64,000 nt of DNA from the NCBI RefSeq assembly GCF_001194135.2, contig NC_068995.1:13565624-13629623 (forward strand). The letters are read 5' to 3'. The stretch comes from Octopus bimaculoides. Taxonomy: Eukaryota. The notes under the pieces were generated by a model. That model had not been told where the DNA came from. It did not search any database and saw only the letters and a program-made list of their open reading frames with translations. This document shows, piece after piece, positions 37,531 through 51,583 of this stretch (within the stretch, counting starts at the first letter, position 1; each line of letters starts with the position of its first letter). The translations under genes and the position numbers were made by a program.

Positions 37531-40500
37531 GTAAGTAGTATTGTATTGTTTTCAAGTGTATCATCATCATTGTCATCATCGTCATCATTACCTTCCCTGC
37601 TTTTCTATACTTGTAATAGTTAGAAAGGCCTTCTCTTTCTCAGTGTCTCATCATTTGTTGTGATTCTTTGTCATCTCATTTGTTAGCTTCAGACTCTTGA
37701 GATCAGCTTCCACCACTTATTTCCAGGTCTTCCTTAGGTCAGCCCAAGCCTTGTGAATGAAACTGGGTTGGCGGAGCGTTTGTTGTCCATTGACTGAACT
37801 GTCTTTATAATTCATAGGTCTAGCCTTGTCACACTGTGCTATGCTGATTCTACCTTAGAATTACATTAAGAGTACAAGTTTCTGTGGAATATTCAGCCAG
37901 TTACACTAAAATTCAGAAAGTAAGTAGTTCCATAAATTGTAAGACAGAAACATCATTGAAATTGATAATGGGTATGTTAATTCATTTATATATGTTTATA
38001 TATAGTTGTATAAATATGGGGATCTTTCACCTGTGTAACAAGTGATTCCAGAGCAATGAATATAAATGTTCTGAGAGCTGTTTCTTGAAGTCAAGGATGG
38101 AGGCTCTAGCTAAATGGATGCACATAGTGTACAGAGTGGAAAAGCCAGTAGCCATTGCCAGTCAGACATTTAATATGAAAAACAAATATCATTCAATAAT
38201 CAGGTGAGTGCTCAGGTGGACAGAGTTTGGAATTCTAAGAATTAAGGTATCTGGATGGCTTCGAAGATTGCAAACATTAGAAAAACTTATCCATTGGAAA
38301 AGTAAATTGACTCAAGATGATTGGTCTTTGCTGATCAAGATAGGGAATCGAAACCCAATTTGTTAAAATTTTGGCTTGCTTTCTTATAATTTTTGCACAC
38401 ACTTACAGAGTAAGGATTGAAAAGACTCATGATACTGAAGAATTTTCAAGAGTTGACTACTTTGGATGCATTTGGTATCAAAGTGTAGAAGAATTATTAA
38501 TGGCAAATTAAAACTCATGTATTGTGAGCACAACAAAGGAAAATTTTCAATTTGACCACCTCATCAGCTAAAGTGACTCTACAGTAGTAGAAAGAAATTA
38601 ACATTAGCTTGCTTGGCATTCTTTTGATTAACCAGTGTGGATGTAAATAGACAGAAAGGGTAGAATTCAGAACAGTGAAGAACGAAACTTCCGGTGCTCT
38701 GCTGCCCCATATAATTCCTACAACAATAACATTATGTGCTTGTAAATATAAAATCTGTGTTTTGGAGTAGTTTGTAAAGTGTCAGTGTTGTTATAGGGGA
38801 AAGAAACCAAAAAGTTTATGAGATTGGTATAAATTTTTTAATGGTAGTGCAACAGTTACACTGTCCTCCTCCTCTTCTTTCTCTTGTTACATTGTCACAT
38901 TCATTCTTTTGGCAATGCAACAACTTTTAAATGTGCTCTTTTTAAACTTGCCAAATATTCACTCCCTACTGCCTTTCCACTATTTAAAACTACTGACTCA
39001 CTCAACTGCCTGACTGTTTATCACAATTCTTCACACCCAAACACTTACATTTACCAACAACAGCTTTTTTTTTTTTTTTTGCAGTATTTTATTTCTGAAC
39101 CCAACACTCCCACCCCCACCCATTCTGACCCATCCTTCTTTTGCAAAAATATTTCCAACTTCTTTTTTTTCTTGCTTCAGTCATTAGACTGGCCATACTG
39201 AAGTACCACTTGAAGAATTTCTTATTTCTTTATTGCCCACAAGGAGCTAAACATAGAGGGGACAATCAAGGACAGACAAAGAGATTAAGTCGATTACATC
39301 NNNNNNNNNNNNNNNNNNNNNNNNNNNNNNNNNNNNNNNNNNNNNNNNNNNNNNNNNNNNNNNNNNNNNNNNNNNNNNNNNNNNNNNNNNNNNNNNNNNN
39401 NNNNNNNNNNNNNNNNNNNNNNNNNNNNNNNNNNNNNNNNNNNNNNNNNNNNNNNNNNNNNNNNNNNNNNNNNNNNNNNNNNNNNNNNNNNNNNNNNNNN
39501 NNNNNNNNNNNNNNNNNNNNNNNNNNNNNNNNNNNNNNNNNNNNNNNNNNNNNNNNNNNNNNNNNNNNNNNNNNNNNNNNNNNNNNNNNNNNNNNNNNNN
39601 NNNNNNNNNNNNNNNNNNNNNNNNNNNNNNNNNNNNNNNNNNNNNNNNNNNNNNNNNNNNNNNNNNNNNNNNNNNNNNNNNNNNNNNNNNNNNNNNNNNN
39701 NNNNNNNNNNNNNNNNNNNNNNNNNNNNNNNNNNNNNNNNNNNNNNNNNNNNNNNNNNNNNNNNNNNNNNNNNNNNNNNNNNNNNNNNNNNNNNNNNNNN
39801 NNNNNNNNNNNNNNNNNNNNNNNNNNNNNNNNNNNNNNNNNNNNNNNNNNNNNNNNNNNNNNNNNNNNNNNNNNNNNNNNNNNNNNNNNNNNNNNNNNNN
39901 NNNNNNNNNNNNNNNNNNNNNNNNNNNNNNNNNNNNNNNNNNNNNNNNNNNNNNNNNNNNNNNNNNNNNNNNNNNNNNNNNNNNNNNNNNNNNNNNNNNN
40001 NNNNNNNNNNNNNNNNNNNNNNNNNNNNNNNNNNNNNNNNNNNNNNNNNNNNNNNNNNNNNNNNNNNNNNNNNNNNNNNNNNNNNNNNNNNNNNNNNNNN
40101 NNNNNNNNNNNNNNNNNNNNNNNNNNNNNNNNNNNNNNNNNNNNNNNNNNNNNNNNNNNNNNNNNNNNNNNNNNNNNNNNNNNNNNNNNNNNNNNNNNNN
40201 NNNNNNNNNNNNNNNNNNNNNNNNNNNNNNNNNNNNNNNNNNNNNNNNNNNNNNNNNNNNNNNNNNNNNNNNTATATATATATATATATATCATCATCAT
40301 CATCATCATCATCATCGTTTAACGTCCGCTTTCCATGCTAGCATGGGTTGGACGATTTGACTGAGGACTGGTGAAACCGGATGGCAACACCAGGCTCCAG
40401 TCTGATTTGGCAGAGTTTCTACAGCTGGATGCCCTTCCTAACGCCAACCACTCAGAGAGTGTAGTGGGTGCTTTTACGTGTCACCCGCACGAAAACGGCC

Positions 40501-41137
40501 ACGCTCGAAATGGTGTCTTTTATGTGCCACCCGCACAAGCCAGTCCAGGGGCACTGGCAACGATCTCGCTCGAAAATCCTACAGGAGCCAGTCAGGCGGT
40601 ACTGGCAACGGCCACATATATATCTAACAGGCTTCTTTCAATTTGTCTATCAAATCTACTCCAGGCTTTGGTCAGCCCAAAGCTATAGTAGTACACACTT
40701 GCCCAAGGTGCCGCACAGAGAGACTGAACCTGTATCCATGTGGTTGGAAAGCAAACTTCTTACCACACAATCACACTACGCCTGTATCAATACTGCATTA
40801 ACATCACACAGTTATACACCTTTCAACACCACCATCACCAAACTACATTACTGCATGACCTATATCTCCACTTATATCGACATCTCTTTTACAAACACAG
40901 AGAATAATCAACATATTCTGTTTCTTTTGCCTTAAGTAAAACTTTGTTTTTATCATTATCTTCTTCTTCGTCGTCGTGAGAAATCCTGTTTGTTAGTTCA
41001 TATTATAAGCTACAGTTAATTTTAATTATCCCTTTCATGTCGTAGTAGTTTATTTTTGGGAAATAGTCAGTATTACAGAACTACCTCTCCCTAACTAGTT
41101 GTGTGATTCTAAAATGGTAACTTTTGTCTTTTGATAG

Positions 41138-41236
41138 GTTCGTGTTTCATCAGATGAACTGGATAGATACCTAAAGAAAGAAATTGCATCTTTTCGAGAT
41201 GCTTTGAGGAAGACAAATGGTGCAACTACTGGTCAG
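41138..41236 (+). CDS. ATG101: ATG101 coding exon 5
   Basis: gatAG / GTaatt. VRVSSDELDRYLKKEIASFRDALRKTNGATTGQ. Confidence 0.95.
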
Positions 41237-44200
41237 GTAATTATATATTTTAATTTAAAAGAAAAACATCAATAGTGATATATTACGGGCCTTTATACAA
41301 TCGCTCAACATGCTAGAAATAACAGGCAAATGCCCCTCAAATCACACACAACTATATTTAAAAAAAAAAAGACATTGGATAATGTTGTCTTAGGTATAAT
41401 GTGTCTGGAAAAAAAGTCAGTCTGGTCATGGCTGGAGCATCTTTAATCATAGATGTGTTATAGCATTGGTTCACAACTGAGGTCCATCATCATCATCATC
41501 TTTAACGTCCGCTTTCCATGCTAGCATGGGTTGGACGATTTGACTTTTGAGGACTGGTGAACAAGATGGCTACACCAGGCTCCAATCTGATTTGGCAGAG
41601 TTTCTACAGCTGGATGCCCTTCCTAATGCCAACCACTCTGAGAGTGTAGTGGGTGCTTTTACGTGCCACCAGCACGAAGGCCAGTCAGGTGGTACTGGCA
41701 ACGGCCACGCTCAAAATGGTATATTTTACGTGCCACCTGCACAGGAGCCAGTCCAGCNNNNNNNNNNNNNNNNNNNNNNNNNNNNNNNNNNNNNNNNNNN
41801 NNNNNNNNNNNNNNNNNNNNNNNNNNNNNNNNNNNNNNNNNNNNNNNNNNNNNNNNNNNNNNNNNNNNNNNNNNNNNNNNNNNNNNNNNNNNNNNNNNNN
41901 NNNNNNNNNNNNNNNNNNNNNNNNNNNNNNNNNNNNNNNNNNNNNNNNNNNNNNNNNNNNNNNATATATATATATATATATAGGATATATATCAAGCTGA
42001 GCAAAATTGCAGTCGTTTTACATACCAGTGTCATGCAAATGGTGCCCATGCTGGCGGCACATGAAAGCACCCATTACACTCTTGGAGTGGTTTGCGTTAG
42101 GAAAGGCATCTAGCTGTTGAAAACCATGCCAAATCAGACTGGAGTCTGGTGCAGCCTTTCAGCTTACCAGCCCTGGTTATTTTTGCATTTTTGTATTGAT
42201 TTTCCAGTGCATGACTAGATGAGATGTTTTGTGCTTGTTTGATTTATCACAATGTTAAATCAATTGATTTTCCCAACTGTACGCCCTTCCTATCACTAAC
42301 CACTCAACCACAAATTAGGAATAAAACCTGTTTCAGTTTTTTGTTTTAATCAAACTAATTCGAGAAAGCAGAGTTATCTGCCTTGCTCACCGACAAAACT
42401 GCAATGCCACATCATTAGTTTTGAATTTTCTTAATCAGGCTTGGGAAACTTTATCAGGAAGCAGACCACTAAAAAATATTGGCATTGCCATTTAGAAAGT
42501 CCTCTCGGCCACAGTTTTCTCATGACTGTTCTAAACATTTAATCTCGTCAGCACTGTTTCAGTCAGTATTTTCTCTTTAGCTGGGTTTGAATGCAATATT
42601 TTTCCCTAACATTGCATCACTTAGTTGCTCAAATAACAAATGGCTTATTGCAAAGTTAGACTTTTTCAACTGATAACATTTTATATTCCAAATTGTAGAT
42701 TTTGGTTAGTAAAATTGTAGGGTCATTACAGCACTGGATAAAAATACCTTGCAGTATTTATTTTGGTTTGTTGCAGTCTGAGTTCAAATCCAACCAAGAT
42801 CAACACTACCTTTCATACTTCTGGGGTTAATTAATTATCAGTCTAGATGGTGACTGGCAGAATCGTTAGAGCATCAGATTGGAGGACTTGTGGTGTTTGT
42901 TTTGGTTCTTTGTGCTGAGTTCAAATCCCACTGTGGTCTATGTGGGTGGTAGACTTGATCCCGCTCTCAGTTTAATTAACATCCCTACTGGTCCTTTCTT
43001 GTATTTAGTGGATTAGAAACCTAGCCCCTATTGCAAGCATTGAGGTTGGGTTTCCAATTTGAGGAAACCTTCCTCTTTCTCACTCCCTACCAGTCTTGGG
43101 ACCTTGTAAAGGTCCATAGGTACTCCCTTCTCTCTGACTAATTGTTAAAAGAAAATAAACATGTAGCATGGAAATAAAAACTACACAGGCTTGTTGTATT
43201 GGAGCAACTTAGTGAAAAACATACATTTTTCAGGTTAATGAGGGTCTAGTTAGATGTAATATTAGATTAAATAAAGCTGTTGATCTAGCTGCAGATGGGG
43301 CCCAGTGGTGAAAGGGCCAGGTGGTTGAGTTAAACTGGAAAAGAAGGGTTCTAGGTCTAACACCCATGTAAATTAGACCAGAGGGGATTTTGAATTCAAT
43401 GTAAAGAGCCAAAGCAAACACCACAAGTCATCTGGTTTGATGCTCTAGTGATTCTACCAGTTCACTGCTCTGCACCGTTATTTGTCAACCCTGGAAGGGG
43501 GAAGGCAATTTTGACCTCAGTTTAATTTGAACTTAGAATTGGACAACATCTCTTAGGCTATGGACAACATCTTAAGGAAAGAGAAGAAGATTTCAAAGAA
43601 ACTGTAACCTTATCCTCTCTGCTTTACTTCCATTATCTGTTATCTTTTACTCCTTTCAATCATTGAACTGTGGCCATGCTGGGGCACTGACTTGCCGAGT
43701 TTAGTCAAACAAATCATCCCCAGTATTCATTTTAAATTAGGCATTTATTCTGTTAAGTTATGGGGTTGCACCAGCTGTCAAGCAATGGTGGAGAACAAAC
43801 AAACTCACACACATACATATACATATAGATATATACACACATAATTTCCATCTACCAAATTCATTCACAAGGAATCAGTTGGTCCTAGGTTTATAGTAAA
43901 AGACATTTGTTTGATGTGCTACACAGTGGAACTAAACCCGAAATCACATGATTGCAAAGTGAGTTTCTTAATCATACATAAACAATGTTTCCATTTCTAT
44001 TCTTTAATCCTTTGGCAAATGTAAATCTTATTCATTCATATTGTTACGAATTAATCTTGCATCATCTTATAACTTCAAGGTTTAAATGATGTGATTGCAT
44101 ATTGTTTTGAATGACATTGTAGGGAAGGTGTGAGAGGTCAGATCTGGCCAGTTTGGGCATAAAACAGGTAAAATATTTGGGCTAGATATGGCCAGTTTAA

Positions 44201-46888
44201 ATGCTAAAGGGTTGAATATCCTGTGGTGCTTATGGTCATTCATTTCTGTAGTGTTGTATGTTTTACAAAGAAGGGTTGCTGGATCAAAGCCTTACCCACG
44301 TTACAAAATGACAGACACTTGGAATGAGTTAAACTTGGCACTGCAAGAAAGCAAAACAGTTTATTGTTGTTGGTGAGCACTAAGTCACTGCCGATGATCA
44401 AAAGTATTCCATACATGACCATCCTGCCTTTTATTGTTCTAACACGTTTAGGACCTTATTATTTCCCATGCGCTACCCATTTTTTTTAATACAGTAGAGT
44501 GTTATACGAGGGATATTTGGCTGTAGAATTCCTCTACATGGTCAAGTGACCATGTAGAGGCATTCGCTTATTATTGAACCTAACCCCAGCCCTCTCCAAA
44601 TGTGGGATACTTTCTCCCATGGAATGAGCTGAGTCTGGCACACAAGAAAAAGTATTTAGTCCACGTCAGTCCACTCTGATCATGCACGTCTAGGGTGGAG
44701 TCTGTTCAAGTCATAACTATCCTATTTTTTATTCAAAGTATATCTGGACCTATATTATATCTCCAATATGTCCCCCTCTTTTTTAACATGTAGGGTCCAG
44801 TCATTGTTGTAGTGTGGTAGCTTGTGTACCTCGTTGACCTTGAGAGCAGCTATACCAGCTTCTGATAGAGCCTTCCATGCTAGACAGGTCAAAGGATAGG
44901 GGCCTGACTAATATGGACCACCTCTTCTCGGAGATAAAAATGGGTTTGTATAGGGCCAACACCCCTATATGGAAAAGACAAAGTTACAGAAGCATTGATG
45001 ATGATTCAAAACCAACAAAAGCTGAGAGAGAAAGGCCTATACTCCATTGGGGGAAAAAGGCTTAAGTAAGTAAATAGGTAATATCTGGACTGTAATATCC
45101 ATCCAATATGTCCCCCCTTTTTTTAATGCAATAGAGTATGATTAAAGAAGATTTGGTTGCTATTCTTAGCAATGCCATTAAAGCATTATTCCAGTTTCTT
45201 GCATTTTAAGTTCAGATCCCATTGGGGTCAATTTTGCCTTTTCATCCTTCTTAGAGTGGAGGGGGTCGATAAATAAAATAGCAGACTAGGACAGTGGACT
45301 GGTAGAATTGTTAGAGCTTTGGGTGAGATGCTTTGTGGTATTTGTTCTGATTCTTTGCTTTCTGAGTTCGAATCTTACCATGGCTTAATCGGGGACTAGA
45401 CTTAATTTATTGTGTTGGGCCCTGGGTGCCTTTAGCAAAGGAGCCCACTTTGATGCAAGCATTTAAGCTAGGTGTCCTTCCTCCCTCTCAGAACCCTTGG
45501 ATACAGTCATGGACACAGTCCTTCTTCCTGAGTTGATAAATTTTTAAAAAAACCCTAAAACTCATGTAGCTTTCTATTCTGTTGTACTTGAGAGCTTTGT
45601 AGTATTCAGCTGTTAAATATATGAACTGTAGACTTTCTCGTTAGTTCTCCAATACCATAATTAATTCAGCTATCTCTTTATCCAAATTAAGACTATTTAA
45701 ACTCATGCCAGTAATGATAGTAGTTATTGATTACATCTACAGTTTCTCTCTTTATGTTCACTCTCATTGATTTTTCCTTAGTTTTTATTTGGTTCTTTGC
45801 TTATACTGGATACTACATCTCATGATAGCATTTCATGTCTATTTTTGAACTTTGTATATTTTTTTCTTTTGCCATCTTTGCTTTGTTGTTTCTCCTCTGA
45901 TATAAATTATGTTGAGCTGACAAGCAAGATTTTTATGTGGTTGCTTGATCTGCTAGAAACTATGCACTAGTGTCTTAAAAAAAAAAGGAAGGACACATTG
46001 GATAATACAGTCCTAGAGACACTATGACTAATTTTTAAAATGAGTGGAAAGATCTTGGCTGAACACCTTTGATCATAATCTGATTGATCAGGATTGGTCT
46101 CATTCTAAATAACAAGGGGAGTCTTTATGTGATCGCTCAATATGCTAGAAATAACAGCCAAATTTCCTTTAAATCACACCCCACTATTTTAGAAAAGGTG
46201 ACAGTGGATAATATAGAACTGGCTTCTCTGCATATAGAAAATAGATGGGATGGTTATGGTTGGAATACCTTTAATTGTAGGTCTGCTTCATTAAGGCTAA
46301 CCTGAGGTTGAACAGCAACAATACTTTGAATCAATGCAGTCACTTGATCTGTTAGAAATTGCAGTCAAATCTCCCTGAAATCATACCCTACCATTTAAGA
46401 AAAGGTTGGACATATTTTGAAAAATGATGGAATGGTTATTGCTTGACTTGATTAGAACTAACCTGGGGGTAAACAGCAACAACTTTGCTTAAGTGTCCAA
46501 CATGAGCTTTTGTCAGTAAAAAAATTATCATTTTTCAAGCTATTAACTGTTATTTTTGAAAATGAAAAATGTTTTAAATATTTATATCTACACTTGGCAC
46601 TGTCTGGTTAAGAAGGTTACTTTCCTACCATATGGTTGTGGGTTCATTCTCATTGCATGGCACCTTGTGAGTGGATTTGATAGATGAAAACTGAAAGAAG
46701 CCTGTTCTGTGTGTGTGTGTGTGTGTGTGTCTCTCTCCTTGTCTTGACATTGCATGATAGTTGTAAATGATTGACGCTGTCATCCAAACTCATTTATTTT
46801 CAATGTTCTGCGAGAACATGTCAGGCCATGTGGAGATATTATCTTGCTTGGAACAGGTGAAGGTTGGCAGCAGGAAGCGCTGACTGGA

Positions 46889-46936
<48 letters not shown>

Positions 46937-47494
46937 GTTTTATGATGTTCATCTTCTATAAGCTTTAGCAGCTTTAATTATTGTTGAATTCCTACAACAT
47001 TGGGCAAAATGATCTGCAACAATATTACAGCTTACACTTAAGAAACAAGACACCAAAACTAGTTTTCTAAATAGCAAATGTCTAGTTCATCATATAAAAT
47101 CACAGCCACTCTGATGCACTAAGTAGAAGATAGAGCAAACTGTTATGTCTTTGTCTTATTGCAAGAGCTTATCTGGAATCATTTAAAGAATCTGCAATGC
47201 AGATAACACTAACATTATGTTCAAAACCAATACCACATTTTGTTGATGCCTCACCAAAGTTAAAATTTTCCAAGTGTGGGTAAAACATAAGAACTGTATT
47301 TCTAACACCTTGTGTATTTGCTATTTTCTACTATTCTGATCATAAAAAGTTTTCCCAGCTCCCCTTTATAAGGCCTTTCACACAAGACAAGACCTTATAA
47401 ACTGGAATTCTTTAATTCATTCTTTGTTTAGTTAAGTTATATCCCATCAAGTATTTTGTTGTGACATTTAAATTATTTCTTTCTGTATATGTGT

Positions 47495-47725
47495 TATTTC
47501 TTTACTACCCACAAGGGGCTACACACAGAGGGGACAAACAAGGACAGACAAATGGATTAACTCGATTATATCGACCCCAGTGCGTAACTGGTACTTATTT
47601 AATTGACCCCGAAAGGATGAAAGGCAAAGTCGACCTCGGCGGTATTTGAACTCAGAACGTAGCGGCAGACGAAATACCGCTAAGCATTTCGCCCGGCGTG
47701 CTAACGTTTCTGCCAGCTCGCCGCC
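47495..47725 (-). mobile_element. SINE family B, young full-length copy
   Basis: Perfect 15-bp TSD TTTCTGTATATGTGT (47480-47494, 47726-47740); retains many CpGs. Confidence 0.9.
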
Positions 47726-47994
47726 TTTCTGTATATGTGTGTGCAGTTGGCACATGAAGCAGTGATAATAAACAAATTTTTAGTCCAAATGGCCTTGGTA
47801 TCTGACATTGATGATAGCATAAAGAGCTCCAGAGGCATATATCAGTCCATTGTGGATGCTCTGAAATGACTTGAGTGTTTACATCTTTTGCCAAAAGCAA
47901 ACCACAATGGGTTTTTTTTCACAGGTCGATTATGTCAAACATATTTGAACCGATCTAAAAGTTTATCAACATATTTTTTAATTTCACCTTTTAG

Positions 47995-48109
47995 ATTTCA
48001 TTAGAATTCTATGAGAAGAGGCGAAGTCGCTGGTTATTTCAACATGAATCTGTTCCATGGGAAATTTGGACTCTAAAGTTAGAAGTTGTTACATTAGATA
48101 AAGAATCTG
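47995..48109 (+). CDS. ATG101: ATG101 coding exon 6 (WF-finger region)
   Basis: tttAG / GTaagt. ISLEFYEKRRSRWLFQHESVPWEIWTLKLEVVTLDKES; SLEFY and PWExW conserved. Confidence 0.96.
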
Positions 48110-48623
48110 GTAAGTAATTTGTTTTGTTTTGTTTTTTTCCTAAAGTAACAATTAAGACAAGCCTTTTACATGCCAATCTACCTGGGACTACATCTTTTTC
48201 TGATACAAAACATCCCATTTTAAAGTGCTCATATTTAAATTAAAACTTTCCATTTCATTTTATGAAACATAAGAATCTTTTAATGTCTCAACCACCAGCT
48301 TAATAATGATAAAGTTATTAGCATACTTAATGTATACATGTCTTTTCCCTGAGATTGCATTTTTTTTCATGTAACTACTGTGCTAAAAACACAATGATTA
48401 TCAGAAGGAGATGAAAATTCATCCCAGCAGCGGCCAGCAGGAGCACCAGATGCTTATTCGAGCATGTGGCTGACTGTGAGTACCTGTCATTGTAATGACC
48501 AAAATGTACCTGGTGCTCTTGCTGGTTGTTGCTAGGATAAATTTTTCCCTCTCTCTGCTATCTATTGTTTTAACACAGCAAGTCCATAAGAGAGGCCACC
48601 TTAGGACTAATACTGCAGTAATT

Positions 48624-48882
48624 GTGGAGGCACATGGCTTTGTGGTTAGGATGTTGGACTCTTGATCGTAAGATAGCGGTTTCGATTCCTGGAACAGGCG
48701 ATGTGTTGTGTTCTTGAGCCAAATACTTAATTTCGCGTTGCTCCAGTCCACTCAGCTGGCAAAAATGAGTAACCCTACAACAGACTAGTCTCCCATCCAG
48801 GTATGGAATTTATACATCATGGAAACCGGGAAACTGGTCCTTATGGGTTGGCATGGCTCAAGAAGGTAGCCTACCTAAGGTA
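48624..48882 (+). mobile_element. tRNA-derived SINE
   Basis: tRNA-like head plus core ttcttgagc..ttgctccagtccactcagctgg; ACTGCAGTAA appears on both flanks. Confidence 0.7.
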
Positions 48883-48921
48883 ACTGCAGTAACTGGTCTA
48901 TTGACAATGTGTATACATTAA

Positions 48922-49142
48922 CCCTTTCGTTACCGTATTTATTTTGAAATGCTCTGTGTTTCTTTCAATTATTTTAAATATAACAAAGAATTTAGTAAAA
49001 TAACTTAGTTATCATTAAGCTAGTGTTAGGAACATTAGTTGTGACTAAAGTTTGGTGGAAGGTTTTAATTCAAAACTTATGAAAACAAAACATTTGTACT
49101 ACAGAGCCAGAGGCGATTTCACCCAGGTTGGTAACGAAAGGG
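48922..49142. mobile_element. piggyBac-type MITE
   Basis: 13-bp TIRs CCCTTTCGTTACC / GGTAACGAAAGGG with TTAA on both sides. Confidence 0.88.
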
Positions 49143-49539
49143 TTAAGTATCTAGATGGTTATTTTTGTGAGCTTCCTAACAACTTTGTTTCATTCGTTCA
49201 AACATTCTAATTACTCAGCAGTCTACTGGTTGTAGTAGCTGCTGTGTAGTCAGTGTGACTGCATCTTAAACTGATTCTTTGTGAATGTGTTCTAAAATAT
49301 TGATATATTTAATATTACAACTTTATATTAAGGAGCAGAAGTACAATTTCCTGTAATTCACACTGCCTCATGGTCCAATACTGTTTCAACTACATTGTAC
49401 TGGATATATTTGTTTGTATGTGTGTGTTGTAAAAATGTGATTTTATATCCCATTAAGATGTCTGCTTTATTCCCCCAGAGAAAAATTAATGCACTTTTAT
49501 TAGGTTTTAGCAATTGATAAATTCTGTTTGGATTTCTAG

Positions 49540-49706
49540 ATCGTCAAGAACAGAGGGAAAAATTAGGAGAAGAATTATCAGAGAAGGTTGTTCATATAAT
49601 AGAAGCAATGAACAAGCATGAGTATGTTCCCAAAACACCAAATTTACAAGATTTGGATCTTGTCTTTGATACAAGTTACCCTGATATCCAACCATATCTA
49701 TTCCAA
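49540..49706 (+). CDS. ATG101: ATG101 coding exon 7
   Basis: ttctAG / GTaagt. DRQEQREKLGEELSEKVVHIIEAMNKHEYVPKTPNLQDLDLVFDTSYPDIQPYLFQ; MNxHEYxP and QPYL motifs. Confidence 0.96.
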
Positions 49707-51327
49707 GTAAGTTGTTTGGTAAAGTTTTTTTCTTCTTTCTTTGTGTTGATTAACTGATTTTAAAATAATTAACATCATCATCATCATCATTGTTTAATGT
49801 CTGTTTTCTATGCTGGCATAGGTTAGACGGTTTGACTGGAACTGGTAAACCGGAGACCTGCACCAGGCTCCAGTCTGATTTTAGCTTGGTTGAATATTAA
49901 GTATTTATGAACTTTTGGCCAACCCTGTATTTCTTTCTTGGTATATACATAAATATATATATATGTATATACACACACACACACGCACATATGCATACAT
50001 ATATGTGAGTATGTGTGAATCAATATCTCCCGCTTTTTCAACATTCATAACTAAATTTAGTTGTATACATTTACAATACAAAAAATTTCCGAATGCCTTA
50101 ACTAGCACCATTGCTTCCACTATTGGATTACTTTGATTCAAGCCAAGCTATTTTGCTTGAAGTTTTTTTTTAATTGTTGGTAAATTTATGAAAGGATTTC
50201 CCGTCTGTTATAAATTATTGTATGTTTACTAGTTCTATAGTTTTCCTTCCCAAGCTTGGTGGGTGGGATTTGGTTGTGATATTATTAAATGAAATACTGA
50301 CTTCGACAAGTTCAATTGAACCAAGAGTACAGTCTATTTTCGAAGTGTATTGACCATAGATGTACCAGAGTTATATCAATACTTACATAACTGAGCTATA
50401 ACAGAAGTGATAAACAAAATCAATAAAGATAGTTACTAAATTACTACATAATATATAGTTTTTCCATCATTGGGTCGTAAATTAATTTCTTAACCTAGAC
50501 AAAAGGCTGCTTTTTTTTTTGTGATGAAATTGATCTGTGTATTACTTGGGATTCATTTTAGTAGCTTTATTAGAATGAAAAAGCAAAGTGAAAAGCTCTA
50601 GAGTAGGGGTCAGCATACATTGATGATAACTTATTGCCCCACCCCCACCCCCGCCTCCAGCATGTAAATTTCTAAATTAAAATTGGTTTCAAATTTCGGT
50701 ACAAGGCCAGCAAGTTCAGGGGGAGAGGATCAGTTAATCATATCGACCCCAGTGCTCAACTGGTACTTATTTATGAACTTTGAAAGGATGAAAGGCAAAG
50801 TTGGGTTTGGTGGAATTTGAACTCAGAACTGCAGATCTTCCAGGATGAGGCTCGTCTCCTAGGCTGTAGTTTCTGGCTCAGAATTTCTGGAACCACTGTT
50901 GACACTGGTTTACGCTTATTGTCTGATCCCCATATACTGCATTAATATTCCTTGCACTTTCCGTTGCATTGTTGCCTTTATTGAACTCATAAGGCAAAAT
51001 ATGCCGAATATGCACCTTTGTCACTTCCATTATAGCCATTAAAATCAAAGTGCACTCTTCAAAACTTGCACAAAGAATAAGTACAAGGTAAAATTACTAC
51101 CTGCTTTTATAGCAAATTGATGCAGGTTGTTTTCTCATCCCCCTCCGACTTTTAATTCATGCAATTGAAAAGAACTGCATTATTTATAGGATGACCTATA
51201 CATATATATATATGATGGGCTTCTTTCAGTCTCGGTCCACCAAATCCTCTCACAAGAAGACACTTGCCCAAGGTGCCACACAGTGGGACTGAAACTGGAA
51301 TCATGTGGTTGGGAAGCAAGCTTCTTA

Positions 51328-51583
51328 TTTCTTTATTGCCCACAAGGGGCTAAACATAGAGGGGACAAACAAGGACAAACAAAGGGATTAAGTCGATTAC
51401 ATCGACCCTAGTGCGTAACTGGTACTTAATTTTCCGACCCCGAAAGGATGAAAGGCAAAGTCGACCTCGGCGGAATTTGAACTCAGAACGTAACGGCAGA
51501 CGAAATACCGCTAAGCATTTCGCCCGGCCTGCTAACGTTTCTGCCAGCTCGCCACATAGCCATGCGTGCTAACGTTTCTGCAT
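51328..51583 (-). mobile_element. SINE family B inserted into a family A SINE
   Basis: Near-identical to the 47495 copy; 8-bp TSD GCTTCTTA (51320-51327, 51584-51591); 30 extra nt at its 5' junction. Confidence 0.85.

Noticed and set aside
39141-40322. Long ORFs in the track (also around 1393-1640, 4884-5538, 41547-42113, 57247-58059, 58457-59524)
   Set aside because: They are open only because they run through N-gaps; the real residues are SINE or microsatellite translations.
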